Shown here in pieces: positions 25,358 to 39,753 of a DNA stretch of 64,000 nt. The notes below the pieces were generated by a model, which was not told where the DNA came from, searched no databases, and saw only the letters and a list, made by a program, of their open reading frames with translations. Numbering within the stretch: position 1 is the first letter of the stretch; the number at the start of each line of letters is the position of its first letter. A program made the position numbers and the translations under genes. This DNA comes from Heterodontus francisci (taxonomy: Eukaryota): assembly GCF_036365525.1 (NCBI RefSeq), contig NC_090374.1, forward strand, positions 144,547,288 to 144,611,287. Reading direction: 5' to 3'.

Positions 25358-25962
25358 GGGTGCAATTTTAATTCTCAAAAATGGGTGGATTTGTGTCGGG
25401 TGAGAAGTTAAAATTTCAAGCCTGACTACATGCTGCCTTGAACCTTCCTACTTGTGGATTAATGGAAGCTGGATAAAGGTCGGGCATCGGGCAACCAACG
25501 ACCTATTTATTCTTAACTCATATTGGCCGGGTTTCCCTGGGCTCAGTAAACATGGAATGCAAAAGGCGGCAACAAAGGCTGGCTCCATATTAACAGCACT
25601 GCTTGTGGGCCTGGAGGAGCAAGAGTGTTCCCTCCAGGCCCCACAAGATTATCTGTAAATGCCCCAACACACCTCCATCACCTCGCCCTAATAGACCATG
25701 AGCTCCCTTCCTCTGACCACTATTTGCTACCCGTCCCATCATCTCTACCCCGCCACCATCGGCGATCTCTCTCTACTTGCTCCTCCACTGCGTCTTTCTG
25801 CTGTAAACTTTCCTGTCCTGTCCGTTAAGCTGGCTGTTGGGCAGGAAACCTGGAGAAAAAAAAAATTATAAGGTGCCCTCCAGTTTTAATTGTGCTTCCT
25901 GGCTTCCCGTCTGTAGCTCCACCCTCACCCCCGACTGTCCAGCCCTGTAAATATCGCGACCC
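25358..25962. mobile_element. Decayed Harbinger-like MITE
   Basis: gggtgcaatttt ... aaatatcgcgaccc ends. Confidence 0.5.
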
Positions 25963-26394
25963 AAAAATCAACAGGTTTAGGCGAGGAAGGCACAGAAAGG
26001 AGAAGTTTGAAGAGAAAAATATAAATAGCTTAAAAATAATTTTTTCAGCCATCATCAAAGTTTAGTGTCCATGGATTCGTGTAACATGCAACAGGTCAAA
26101 ACAGACAGCACCAATCTGTATTAAATAGATTTGCAGCTAATAGTACAGCTATTAGAAACTGGGTAAGGAGACAAACAGGATTTAAAATAAATCAAACTAT
26201 GCCCAGCTGAGTGTACCAACCAGAATTGTAGGTTTAAACTTCCTCATTTGCAGAAAGATTTAGACTGAACTAAGCTTTTTGTTGGCACTGCCCACTTTTC
26301 TCCCCCCTCACAATCTAGCCTTTCCCTTTTTTTAAATTTGCACCTGCAGCTATGTAGAGAGTACATAGTACATTTCAATACATAGAGAGTCCTA

Positions 26395-26730
26395 TGCAGC
26401 AACAATTTGCATTTATAAAGCACCTTTACCTTTGGAAAACATTTCAAGATGCTTCACAGGAATGTAAAGAAGAAAACTGGCATGGAGCCACCGAAGATGT
26501 TTTAAGAGGAGTGACCAAAAGAGGTAGGTTTTAAGGACAATCTTAAAGGAAGGTGGAGTGGAGAATTTTAGCGCTCAGGGCCTAGACATCCAAAGGCATT
26601 GCTGCCAATGGTGGGGTGAAGTTATTAGCCTGCAAACAAGAGGCCAGGGTTGGAGGAATACAGAGGCCTTGGCTGAGGAGACTACAGAGCTAAGAAGGGG
26701 AGAGGCCATGGAGGGCTTTGAACACAAGGA
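26395..26730 (-). mobile_element. L2 3' fragment
   Basis: caacaatttgcatttataaagcaccttt is the reverse complement of the L2-type tail at 9280-9305. Confidence 0.55.
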
Positions 26731-27228
26731 TATGATATATTACCCACTGGTTCTAGGTCCTGTGCTGGCTCCAATTACTTTACTGGAACCAAAATAACTC
26801 TAATCCAACGCCAGAATACCTGCTACAGAAAGCACAAGGGGAACAAGATTATCAATTTCACATTCCCTACAGTTGCATGATAAATTTGGTACAAGCAATT
26901 GATGCTAACACCATTGTGAACTTGGCATTAGGTACTGTTGGTGTACCAAACTCATTGCAGCTTGTATACCCCTGGTGAGGGGTAATGTGGACCAGTGTTG
27001 TGTAGGGAAGGGGAGAATTAACAGTATTTTGCACTCAATTGACTCGGAGTGGGAGAGTGATTATAATATTTTTATATAGTTCATAAATTTGCAGGACTCT
27101 TTTATTTAACAGTCTACATTAGCAGTCATATGATACATCATTATCTTCTATGCTGTCATCTACATCATGCTCTCTGTGCCATACTTAGTTTATCCACAAA
27201 AGAATATTCATTACCTTTCCTACTGTTA

Positions 27229-30200
27229 GAACATAGAACAGTACAGCACAGTACAGGCCCTTCGGCCCACGATGTTGTGCCGAACCTTTAACCTACTCTA
27301 AGATCAAACTAACTACCTACCCTTCATTCTACTATCATCCATGTACCTATCCAAGAGTCGCTTAAATGCCCCTAATGTATCTGCTTCTACTACCACCGCT
27401 GGCATCGCATTCCACGCACCCACCACTCTCTGTGTAAAAAACCTACCTCTGACATCTCCCCGAAATCTTCCTCCAATCACCTTAAAATTATGCCCCCTTT
27501 CCACCCTGGGAAAAAGTCTCTGGCTATCCACTCTATCTATGCCTCTCATCATCTTGTACCCCTCTATCAAGTCACCTCTCATCCTTCTTCGCTCCAATGA
27601 GAAAAGCCCTAGCTCCCTCAATCTTTCTTCATAGGACATGCCCTCCAGTCCAGGCAGCATCCTGGTAAATCTCCTCTGCACCCTCTCTCAAGCTTCCACA
27701 TCCTTCCAATAATGAGGCGACCAGAACTGAACACAATATTCCAAGTGTGGTCGAACCAGGGCCTTATAGAGCTGCAGCATAACGTCGCGGCTCTTAAACC
27801 CAATCCCCCTGTTAATGAAAGCCAACACACCATACGCCTTCTTAACAACCCTATCAACTTGGGTGGCAACTTTGAGCGATCTATGGACATGGACCCCAAG
27901 ATCCCTCTGTTCCTCCACACTACCAAGAATCCTGTCTTTAAGCCTGTATTCTGCATTCAAATTCAACCTTCCAAAATGAATCACTTTACACTTTTCCAGG
28001 TTGAACTCCATCTGCCACTTCTCAGCCCAGCTCTGCATCCTGTCAATGTCCCGTTGCAACCTACAACAGCCTTCCACACCATCCACAACTCCAGCAACCT
28101 TCGTGTCATCAGCAAACTTGCTAACCCAGCCTTCCACTTCCTCATCCAAGCCATTTATAAAAATCACAAAGAGTAGAGGTCCCAGAATAGATCCTTGTGG
28201 AACACCACTGGTCACCGAGCTCCATGCTGAATACTTTCCATCTACTACCACCCTTTGACTTCTATGGGCCAGCCAATTTTGTATCCAGACTGCCAACTTT
28301 CCCTGAATCCCATGCCTCCTCACTTTCTGAATGAGCCTACCATGGGGAACCTTATCAAATGCCTTGCTAAAATCCATATACACCACATCCACTGCTCTTC
28401 CTTCATCAATGTGTTTTGTCACATCTTCAAAGAATTCAATAAGGCTTGTGAGGCATGACCTGCCCCTTACAAAGCCATGCTGACTGTCTCTAATCAAACC
28501 ATGCTTTTCCAAATAATCATAAATCCTGTCTCTCAGAATCCTCTCCAATAATTTGCCCACTACCAACGTAAGACTGACTGGTCTATAATTCCCAGGGTTA
28601 TCCCTATTCCCTTTCTTGAACAAGGGAACAACATTTGCCACCCTCCAATCATCCGGTACTACTCCAGTGGACAGTGAAGACGCAAAGATCATCGCCAAAG
28701 GTGTAGCAATCTCTTCCCTCGCTTCCCATAATATCCTTGGGTATATCCCGTCTGGCCCCGGGGACTTATCTGTCCTCACATCATTCAAAATTTCCAGCAC
28801 ATCCTCCCTCTTAACCTCAACCTGTTCGAGCATATCAGCCTGTTCCACGCTGTCCTCACAAACGACCTGGTCCATCTCACTAGTGAATACTGAAGCAAAG
28901 TATTCATTTAGGACCTCCCCTACCTCCTCCGACTCCAGGCACAAGTTCCCTCCACTATCCCTGATCGGCCCTACCCTCACTCTGGCCATCCTCTTGTTCC
29001 TCACATAAGTGTAGAACACCTTGGGATTTTCCTTAATCCTACCCAAGACATTTTCATGTCCCCTTCCAGCTCTCCTAAGTCCATTCTTCAGTTCCTTCCT
29101 GGCTACCTTGTAACCCTCTAGAGCCCTGTCTGATCCTTGCTTCCTCACCCTTAAGTAAGCTTCCTTCTTCCTCTTGATTAGCTGTTCCACATCTCTTGTC
29201 ATCCAAGGTTCCTTCACCCTACCATCCCTTCCCTGCCTCATCGGGACAAACCTATCCAACAGTCGCAGCAAGTGCTCCCTAAACAACCTCCACATTTCTG
29301 TTGTGCATTTCCCTGAGAACATCTGTTCCCAATTTATGCTCCCCAGTTCCTGCTAATAGCATTGTAATTCCCCCTCCCCCAATTAAATATTTTCCCATCC
29401 CGTCTGCTCCTGTCCCTCTCCATGACTATAGTAAAGGTGAGGGAGTTGTGATCACCATCACCGAAATGCTCTCCCGATAGATCTGTCACCTGGCCTGGTT
29501 CGTTGCCAAGCACCAAGTCCAATATAGCCTCCCCTCTAGTCGGCCTATCTACATATTGAGTCAGGAAACCTTCCTGGACACAACTGACAAAAACTGCTCC
29601 ATCCAAACTATTTGCACTGAGGAGGTTCCAATCAATATTAGGGAAGTTGAAATCACCCATGACAACAACCCTGTTACTTCTGCACCTTTCCAAAATCTGC
29701 CTCCCATTCTGTTCCTCCATGTCTCTGTTGCTATTGGGGGGTCTATAGAAAACTCCCAACAAAGTGACTGCTCCTTTCCTGTTTCTGACTTCCACCCATA
29801 ATGACTCAGTAGACAAACCCTCCTCGACGACCTCCCTTTCTGCAGCTGTGATACTATCCCTGATTAGCAATGCCACTCCCCCACCTCTTTTACCTCCCTC
29901 CCTATTCCTTTTGAAACATCTAAACCCCAGAACATCCAACATCCATTCCTGCCCCTGTGATAGCCATGTCTCCGTAATGGCCACAACATCGTAGCTCCAA
30001 GTACTGATCCATGCTCTAAGTTCATCACCCTTATTCCTGACACTTCTTGCGTTAAAATAGACACACTTCACTCCATCATACTGGCTGCAACTTTGCCCTG
30101 TCAACTGTCTAACCTTCCTCACAGACTCTCTGCACTCGGTATCTGCCTGTTCAACAGCTACCCCATCCACTGATCCGTAGCTCCGGTTCCCATCCCCCTG

Positions 30201-30967
30201 CCAAACTAGTTTAAACCCTCCCGAAGAGCTCTAGCAAACCTCCCGCCCAGGATATTGGTGCCCCTCCAGTTCAGATGCAACCCGTCCTTCTTGTACAGGT
30301 CCCACCTTCCCCAGAAGGTATCCCAATGATCCACATATCTGAATCCCTCCCTTCTGCACCAGTTCTGTAGCCACGTGTTGAGCTGCACTCGCTCCCCGTT
30401 TCTAGCCTCACTAGCACGTGGCACCGGTAACAATCCTGAGAATACTACTCTGCTCGTCCTGCCTTTCAGCTTCCAACCTAACTCCCTATATTCGCTTTTC
30501 AGGTCCTCATCCCTTTTCCTAGCTATGTCATTGGTACCGATATGTACCACGACCTCTGGCTGCTCCCCCTCCCCCTTAAGAATCCTGTAGACTCAATCCG
30601 AGACATCCCTGACCCTGGCACTCGGGAGGCAACATACCATCCGGGAGTCTCGTTCGCGACCACAGAATCTCCTGTCTGTTCCTCTAACCATTGAATCTCC
30701 TATCACTATCGCTCTCCTATTCTCCCCCCTTCCCTTCTGAGCCACTGGGCCAGGCTCAGTGCCAGAGACCTGGCCAATGTGGCTTTCCCCTGGTAGGTCG
30801 TCCCCCTCAACCGTATCCAAAACGGTATACTTATTATTGAGGGGAACGGCCACAGGGGATCCCTGCACTGTGCGCCTGTTCCCTTTCCCTCCCCTGACGG
30901 TCACCCAGCGACCTTTATCCTGTAACTTAGGTGTCACTACTTCCCTATAACTGCTATCACCCCCTCA
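27229..30967 (-). mobile_element. Near full-length CR1 LINE (second subfamily), 5'-truncated inside ORF1
   Basis: Esterase GDSMVRG/HIGTND/DGLHLN (30206-30937), APE (29334-30170), RT with intact FADD (27688-29322); (ttcta)n tail; GTTA flanks. Confidence 0.93.
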
Positions 30968-32067
30968 GTTATGTAAATAAACTACAGACTATATCGTGAA
31001 AAAACAAGCATCAGGCAGTGTTTAAGGCAGTAATTCAATCTCAGAGTTTGGATGTCACAAGAGCTGCACAACTGAATCATTGCCCTGTTACTCCCTGCTA
31101 ACCACTCCTAATCCAACATTTAATTCACTGTATTTTCCACATAAATTAGAGAACAGTCATGTTCAGATTTTCTCTATGTACACATGCAGATATGCTGTTG
31201 CAACGTAAAATATTACAGACCATTTCAAATGTGGTGTTAAAGAGAAAGTTAAACTTTAAAAAGAGTAACTGCACTTTATTTGTTTCCCACCGTCCTGTTA
31301 ACTGATAAAAAGCTGTTCTGAGCTGCACAAAGTACGGAGGGGGACAGACTTGCCAAGGCACTAATGTGATTCAGTAAGTACTGCTCCTTCAAGCAGCAAG
31401 CTCACAGCTTCCAGCAGCCTTTAAGAGGAATGGTGTTTATAACATATCACATGATGTTGCATTATATTGTAAAACTCCAAGATATGTAGTTAGCAGCTTC
31501 AGAACACGTCCTTCCTTTCTCTCCAGCCAGCCTTTTTAAGCTAAAGCCTGCTTTCTTTGACAAGCAAAATCACCCGGTCACTTTGAATCCAAATTATCTG
31601 CACTATTGGATGATTCAAGAGCTCAGCTGATATCCGGAAAGCGGAACACTGCCACTTTGATTCCGGGGATGACTAAGCCTTTTTTGGCAAGCAGTCTACA
31701 ACAGCTGGTTTAGCAAACACTCAGGTACAGTAAGTGGGAAGGATGTGGTATCTTTATGAACAGAGAGTGAGAAAAAAAACTCAGCGCCTGGAGACTGATC
31801 ACTGGGGTCAGTCACAGGAACTGCAGAAATTACCCTTCTACTTACAAACAAAGCTTCAGTGTATAGTATTGAGGTTTCACTCGCAGTGGACATAACAGTA
31901 TCTAAAAGCAAACCTTGGGAATTAAACACATTTTAATTTGCTAGCTAAATAACAAAGTGGACCCACCACTGTAATTATCTGGCAGATTTTTCACAGGACA
32001 AAGCCTTGTTTTGAGACATAGCCTACCAACATGGCCCACTCTTTGCATTTTATTATTTATATTTTAC

Positions 32068-32470
32068 CTGTGGTTCAGTGGTAGCACTCTCACCTCTGAG
32101 TCAGAAGTTGTGCAATCAAGTCTCACTCCAGAGACTTGAGCACAGAATTTAAGCTGACACTTCAATGCAGTACTGAGGGAGTTCTGCACTGTTGAAGGTT
32201 CTGTCTTTTGGATGAGATGTTAAACGAGGCCCCATCTGTCCCCTCAGGTGGACGTAAAAAATCCCAAGGCATGATTTCAAAGAGGAGCCAGGTGACCTGG
32301 CCAATATTTATCCCTCAACCAATATCACTAAAAATCTAATTATCTGGTCATTATCACATTGCTGTTTATGGGAGCTTGCTGTGCGCAAATTGGCTGCTGT
32401 GGTTCCTACATTATAGCAGACTAAGATGTCCTGAGGTTGTGAAAGATGCTATATTAATGCTAGTCTGTCT
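32068..32470 (+). mobile_element. DeuSINE/SacSINE-like SINE
   Basis: tggttcagtggtagcactctcacctctgagtcagaag head, cagtactgagggagttctgcactg core, L2-type tail. Confidence 0.75.
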
Positions 32471-33100
32471 ATCTCCTTTTGGTCAATGAAATTACACAAC
32501 CTTCATTTAAGTATTTGTCTTTCTTCCTGTGATTAGTGTACTGGTGGTTTTGGCACTGAACCACAATGAACAGAAAGGTCCTGCAATCACTCATCTATGC
32601 CAAATTAGCTGCTCTCAGCCAGGGTGGTGGTTGGAAAGTCATACAGATGGCCTCAGCATTCTTAGGGTAAGTATCAGTGGGGGATCAAAAAATCAGCAAG
32701 GTTCTTGTTCCTGATCTCTAAGCGATTCCTGCTAGAAAATGAGTGAATAGATGTCAGTACCAGGATCAGCTGTAATGCCCCTGACAAGTAAATAGCAGGT
32801 TCACACTCAGCATCTAATTTCACACATGAAAACAGTCACTTGGTTGGGATACTGAAGGCTGCCTTACCTAAAGTACAAATGAAACTGTGCCTCCAGGAAA
32901 GGACAGGTTAAAAAGCTTTTTTGTCGTAGACAAATATATTGCAGCAGTTTCCAGGCATGTCATCTCCTGAGAGTTCAGCTGATGGCTATAATCTATTCAA
33001 GTTTATGATGTCATCTGAATCCTTAAAAAGATAACACCCTGGCACCTGATCTCAAGTATCTGTTACTCACAATTTAAGCAATAGTTACCAAATTAACAGC

Positions 33101-34328
33101 ACTTCTGATATGTCTTCCTTTTTCCTCAACCGAGGATTCCCCCCTCCACTGTGGTTGACAGGGCCCTCAACCGTGTCCAGTCCATTTCCCGCACCTCTAC
33201 CCTCACCCCTTCCCCTCCCTTCCAGAACCGCGACAGGGTTCCCCTTGTCCTCACTTCCCACCCCATCAGCCTCCATATCCAAATGATCATCCTCCGCCAT
33301 TTCCGCCACCTCCAGCGTGATGCCACGTGATACCAAACGCATCTTCCCCTCCCTTCCCGTCAACATTCCGAAGGGATCATTCCCTCCGTGACACCCTGGT
33401 CCACTCCTCCATTACCCCCACCACCTCATCCCCTTCCCATGGCACCTTCCCCTGCAATCGCAGGAGGTGTAATACCTGCCCATTTACATCCTCTCTCCTC
33501 ACTATCCCAGGCCCCAAATACTCCTTTCAGGTGAAGCAGTGATTTACTTGTACTTCTTTCAATTTAGTATACTGTATTCGCTGCTCACAATGTGGTCTCC
33601 TCTACATTGGGGAGACCAAATGCAGACTGGGTGACCGCTTTGCGGAACACCTCCGCTCAGTCCGCAAGCAGGACCCTGAGCTTCCGGTTGCTTGCCATTT
33701 CAACACTCCCCCCGGCTCTCATGCCCACACATCTGTCCTGGGCTTGCTGCAGTGTTCCAGTGAACATCAACGCAAGCTCGAGGAACAGCATCTCATTTAC
33801 CGATTAGGCACACTACAGCCTGCCGGACTGAACATTGAGTTCAATAATTTCAGAGCATGATGGGCCCCCCATTTTACTTTTATTTTCAGTTATTTTTTTC
33901 TTTTTCAAAATATTTTTTTGTGTTTATTTTATTTCATCTTAGTTTGTACAGTTTGCTTACCCACTTTTTTTCATGTTTGTACTTGCGGCTGTTCAATTTT
34001 CAGTCATTAACACCCTATATGTACTAATGCTTTGTCTTTGAACACACCATTAACATATTGTTTGCCTTTGCTCCACGACCTTCTGGTCAGCTACTCTGTG
34101 ACCTTGTCCTATTTACACCTTCTCCTTTGTTATCTCTTGCCCCACCCCTGCTTTACTTGCTTATAACCTTTTACATTTCTAATATTTGCTAGTTCGGAAG
34201 AAGGGTCACTGACCTGAAATGTTAACTCTGCTTCTCTCTCCACAGATGCTGCCAGACCTGCTGAGTATTTCCAGCATTTCTTGTTTTTATTTCAGATTTC
34301 CAGCCTCTGCAGTATTTTGCTTTTATTA
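33101..34328 (+). mobile_element. 5'-truncated Penelope-like element: GIY-YIG endonuclease remnant + pLTR
   Basis: LVYCIRCSQCGLLYIGETKCRLGDRFAEHLRSV...GTLQPAGLN (33540-33860); 16-bp duplication tt(a/g)ccaaattaac(a/t)gc at 33085-33100 and 34329-34344. Confidence 0.9.
34191..34227 (+). ncRNA. Minimal type I hammerhead motif in Penelope pLTR (core mutated, CGGAAGA)
   Basis: agtt-cggaaga-agggtcactgacct-gaaa-tgtt-aact. Confidence 0.55.
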
Positions 34329-37134
34329 TTGCCAAATTAACTGCCTGATCTTATGCTCATTCATTTTGGATTGACCAAATCACTGTTAATGCTTTATCCT
34401 ATCAGTGTATATGTGGTGGGGGTGATGTGGGGGCATGTCATTTTTCTTTCTCCCTAGTTCTCTACACTGCAGGAGTTACTGATGTGTACTAGAGCGTGCA
34501 TTGATGAGTGCTGACCCTCACCTGTGCCTTGTACAAATGTCCACCTTTCATTTGTGAGTACAGACAGCAGATGCCAGCAGACTATTTGATTATGGAAGAA
34601 GGGTAACACTACAACCAAGCCCGACATCCACCATCCACCCATGCATGCTTTCTTGATCAGGAGGGATCATTAACTGGATTTCTCCTATGTAACTGTGCGC
34701 AATGTAAGTGTTTTACCACTTCCCAGACTAAAATTAGCCACTTCACTACAGAACATTTATATTTTTTAATACCGCATCACATGGTGGGCTTAGCCACTAA
34801 TTCATTGGGGCAGCCCAATTAATTTATTATACATTATAGGATCTCCCATAGCACTGCTCAGTAATAGACAGCCTGCAGCTGACCTTGCTTATTCAAAGGC
34901 CACTGCTCAGTGTTTCCCAAGGGAAACAGGTAATTCCAGTTGCTTGCAAATTTCTGATGTAAATTAGATAGTCAAATGGAAGAGAAATCATGAACTATGA
35001 ATGTGAGATTTCCCAAAATATGTTTCCAAAATATTCTGGTGTATGAGGTGGAAAATCTCTCCTAACTGCTTGCGAATTTCAATATTCATATCGGAAGATC
35101 CCAGGATGTAGTGCCTCCCTTCCTTTCTTTTTTAAAAATTGTTTTGCTTTTGTAAGAAAGTGACATCTGGACTGTGATGGATGCATGCCAGGCATAAAGG
35201 GTTGATAACATATTGTTACTGTCAATACTTATTGGGGGAAAAAATTTGTTCATGTAGAGACAACATGGATTCTCTGGCAGCAGTTCGCACCACTGGATGC
35301 TACCTGTGCTTTGCTGCGTGGGTTTCTTGACCGATATCATTGTCTGCCCTTGCGGAAATCGACGTAGTCTGCATAGTACCATTAGAAGTGATGCTATGTG
35401 AAACAATTTTTCTGCCATTGTATTGGACCCTCCTTTCTCCTACAAACAGCAGCCCTAGAAAACTCTCCAGCTCCCAGCTTCTTTTCTTCCTTCTCTTGAA
35501 CCATACCCTTTCATGCTTGGCTGTTTGGGGAAAGTCTCTTCCCACTACAGTTGCAATGATCTTTTAACAGTGAGGTTCTTAAAGGAACCATACCCTGCCT
35601 CTTAAAGGCAGTTTCTAAAAGGGCTGTACCTTTACTCAGGGATCAGGGCCATCAGCCTGCAGCTGACATGCCTACCATCAATCACCCTGCTACAGTATAT
35701 ATTTTTCAGGAGTATTACACCACTAGAAAGCAGAGTGCAGATTTTCTCAATCAATACCTCCTGCTTGACAGCTGACCTGATTTTAACCAGAATGCATTAA
35801 CCATCATAGTGCTTTCCCATCACAGAGCAGGGAGGTGCCCAGAAATTCCAGGCAGATATAATGACAGAATTAATTATCCATACATACATTTACAAAAAAT
35901 GTTTGTATTTTTAACAAGTGCTAACCCTATGGCATCCATCTTGAATGCCCTTTAACTTTTCTTTCGTCAGTAGAGAAGTCCTTCACTAGTCATTTCAATG
36001 GATGTTCTCCTGATTGACCTCCATAACCTCACGGAAGATAGGTGGAATTCACAAAGAAAGTGTAAATGGGGCTTCTACCAAAGTAACGATGGGAGATTGG
36101 AGAAACCATGCAGATATCCTACTCCACTGAGTTTTTCTCAATCATCTATTTTCCCCTTTCATTAATCCATCAACATTACTACACAAAATCTTCCTCCCTT
36201 AAAAAACGTCTACCCATAAAATTCCCAAAGATATGGTTGCCACCCTGGCTCATCCTGAGAGGAAAGGTATCAACAGTATTATTTTAAACATTGTGAATTC
36301 TCAGGTGAATGAATCACCATGTGCCTTGGCATAAAATAGCAGAGACTACCTGTACAAACCTACAATTCCCTCCCCACTCTAGCCCAAGAGATCCTGGGCA
36401 TTTCACTTAGCTTAAAACACAACACCGTTCCTACAGCTTCATTAGATACACACCACCAACTCCATCTTAGTCCATAAGCAAAACCAGAGGAGACCCACTT
36501 TTATTACTTTTGGAAATAGAAAACAATGTTTGGAAGTGTGTTCATGGCTGTCTCTTACTCTTAGGATCAGATAGATTTTAGGAAAATTTGATACTCTTGT
36601 ATTTTGTTTCCCCTCTTGGTTCCAGCTCTTTTTCACATCAACCCCAATTCCCAATAAATCACACCCTCTCAAGTACTCTCTATCAGGCAGGTAGAACAAA
36701 TTTTCAGTAACCTGTTAAGCAGAAAGAATTACAATTTCATGGAGTAAAAGTTGTGCAACAGTTAAGGTTTCCCTAATGGGAGATTATTTATCTTGGCAGT
36801 TTGGAGGAACACTGATGACACACATAAACGGAGGTGAATCTTCGACCTCCATCAGTACTCAAAATAACCACCGCAATGAAGTGGTGTGAAAAGTTGTGAA
36901 ACAAAACTGCAACTTGCCCACAAAAGGGTAAAGTCTCCACAAAACTCCAACGGACTTGCTTTTGTTTGACCCTTTGTTGTCACACTTATTACTACAGGTT
37001 TAAGAAGGATAAGAACTCCACCCAATATAAATTCACCATTTGCTTTCAGTTTTTAAAAGTATTTTGATGCATATTTGTGTTTGATAAATATGCATGAGTT
37101 TTTTGAAGAAATGAATGCTTTTAAAGAACATACA

Positions 37135-38700
37135 GCAGATATAATGTATATAAATATTGAAATTTGCTGATGGCACAGAGTACAAGTGAGGCGGACTATA
37201 AAAGACTTCTGGAAGAGATGGGCTTGTTAATGGAATGAGCAGACAGGTGCACTTTAACATGGAAAAGAGTGAGGTATTTGTGGTGGAGAAACAAGGAATC
37301 AGAATATACGCTCAGTGGAAAGATGAACAGAGATATCCAGGAATTTGAATACTTAATTCCTTGAAAGAGCGAGTGCAGGTCAGTAAAGTCATTAAAAAAG
37401 GCTAACAGAATTTCTGGTTTATAAATTAGGGCACAGAACTGGAGAGGTCCTTTTAATGCAATGGCTAAATACAGTTAAAATAGATTTAATAGAATTAATA
37501 AGTGTTACGACCGACTGCTCCAGTCAAAGCCCCCAATCAAAATATACGATTCTGATTGTGGTGGGAGAAACGCACTGTTAATTCAATCCTGTCCCTCCAC
37601 AGATTGCCTAACATATCATTTAAAACTTTCCAAATTAAAGAAAGACCCAGCCAAATTGTACCATCGATTAACCCCCGAATGGGGCTAACTAAACCAGGTG
37701 TCCTTAAATCAACAAATTAACTGTTTAATTAGAAAAACTAAATTCTCAAACACTACAAAGATATAAACATTAAAAATAGAAAAAATTAGAGTCCTTGCAA
37801 ATTTACGCTCCTGCCAGAGGTGAAAAAGTCCAAGATTGCTTGAAGTCCTCACAGCCGCTCAATGGGGAGAAAAAAAGGTTCTTCAACAATAGAAAAGTCC
37901 GTAGTCCAATTCCAGCAGTAAGTGATGCTTTCTTTCTCCAGCGATGACCGCAGTAGATCAACAGCTCGCAACCATCTTCAATAGAATCAATCTGGCTTTA
38001 GAATTTTTGAGGGATAAAAGATTGTCACAGTCTAACTTCCCTTCCTTCAGTTTAAATTAGCTGAGAGCTCTCCTTTCAGGTGTGAACACACAGCTGGCTG
38101 TCTGTCCTCTGTTAGAATAGGCTGTTTGCACTATAAGCCAGTTCAAAATTAAATTGTAACAAATGTATCTCTTGATGCTCTGTCCAAGTGGCTGTATCCA
38201 AGGCAACGAGAATGCACTCTTTGAATTGCAGTCTCCAAATGGCTGTATCTAAGGCAACAAGAATGCATTCTTTGAGTCAGTCTTTCGAGCTTGCTGCCTT
38301 AAAGCAGTACGGCTCTTTTTCCAGCCTTAAAGGGACACCATATTCTTCCCGGAAAAAAAAACTACAGGATAACAACATAAGGAACAACTATTTCTTCTGG
38401 CTGGAAGAGCAGTGACGAGGGTTTATCAATTTAAAACTACCATCATGACAGTGACAATGGAGAAATTCTTTTATTGGGAAAATTGTTAAGAGCATGGAAT
38501 ACTTTGCCACAGGATGTATTTGTGGTTGAGACCACTGCAACTTTTAAGGGCAAAGTGGATAAACATTTAAAGCAGAAGTACGTACAGGGCTATCAGGAAG
38601 AGGCTGGAGGGTGCAATTAATTTTGGATTGGTTTAGTAAAGAGCTGGCACAGAAATGATAGGCTGAATGGCCTCCCCATGTGTTGCAAACCTCTATGACT
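37135..38700 (+). mobile_element. Highly decayed CR1 RT/3' remnant split by a solo LTR
   Basis: ttgaaatttgctgatggcaca (KFAD), aaaaaggctaacagaattt, and tail ggctgaatggcctcc...ctctatga. Confidence 0.65.
37503..38377. mobile_element. Solo LTR (Gypsy/ERV-type)
   Basis: TGTTAC...ACAACA ends, 4-bp TAAG duplication both sides, internal ~51-bp tandem duplication at 38184-38283. Confidence 0.8.
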
Positions 38701-39149
38701 TTGCAAAGTAGCTTCTTCTAATCTTGCTTCTTCATTTCCCTCTTGCCCAAAATGAGCAGGGGAGTTGGGTTAATCAAACCACTCCTCGAAAGAGTCATAC
38801 AGACTTAATGGATGAGACATTGGGCTCATTTTGGGGTGTTATGGATTCCCTTAGAGCTCCAAAATGGTGTCCACAGCACGCACACTTTTGAGGCGAATCA
38901 CACCCGATGCCATTTTAGTGTGGCTATTCATGCATGCGGAGTTAATGGCCACCGGATGTGTGCACAGCAGGCATATCATGATGCCAATCTGCATACAGGA
39001 CTTCTTGCTGATTTCAAGGTTTCTGCACAAAGTAGTTATTCCCAGACATGGGTGCACCAGTAGACATGCCCATTGAAATACAGCGTGACTTGGGAAAAGA
39101 ACAGAGGCCACACAGAGCAGGACAAAACTGCTGGAGGACAGAGGAGGAG

Positions 39150-39753
39150 AAGGGGGAGAAGGCCATGTCTGCCCAGGGTATTCAAAATTCCTGAACTTCA
39201 GTGAGGAACAATGTGTGAGACATCTGCGCTTCAGTAAGGGTGTCCTCACTAAAATCTGCCACCTGTTCCAGCCACAACTGCAACCTCAGAGGCGTACAAG
39301 GACTGTGTTGCCAGTGACTGTGAAGGTGACCGTGGTGCTGTAACGTTATGCTCTTGGCTCCTTCCAGGCTGCAACTGAGATATTTTCAAGAACTTGCAGC
39401 TTCTCATCCACTATTGTATAAGGAAGGTCAGAGGCTTTCTATTCAAAGGGAGCAAACTACATTTGGTTCCATCTTGCCAGAGACAAGCAGGCGGAGTGAG
39501 CACACAGCTTCACTAGGATTGCAGGCTTCCCCATGGTGCAGAGTACATCTATAGCATGCACATTTGCTTTGCTGGTGCCACATGTCAACTCTGCCTTACA
39601 CTGGAAAAGGGATTCAACTCCCTCAATGTTCACCAGCTACACAGCAAGCAGCTGAGGAGCAAGAGCATGATGGGGAGGCGGAGGAGGAAGAAAGGGAGGA
39701 AACAACCTAGACAGCCCCTTTCTGCCCAGATTGTCCACGAGGAACTAATTTGA
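39150..39753 (+). pseudogene. Harbinger (HARBI1-like) DDE transposase remnant
   Basis: FLNFSEEQCVRHLRFSKGVLTKICHL..LPVTVKVTVVL*RYALGSFQ, IAGFPMVQ, KGFNSLNV; stops, frameshifts and a large deletion. Confidence 0.85.

Noticed and set aside
36811-36920. CTGATGA...GAAA hammerhead-like layout with several hairpins
   Set aside because: Cleavage triplet would be UUG (H cannot be G) and no stem I can form
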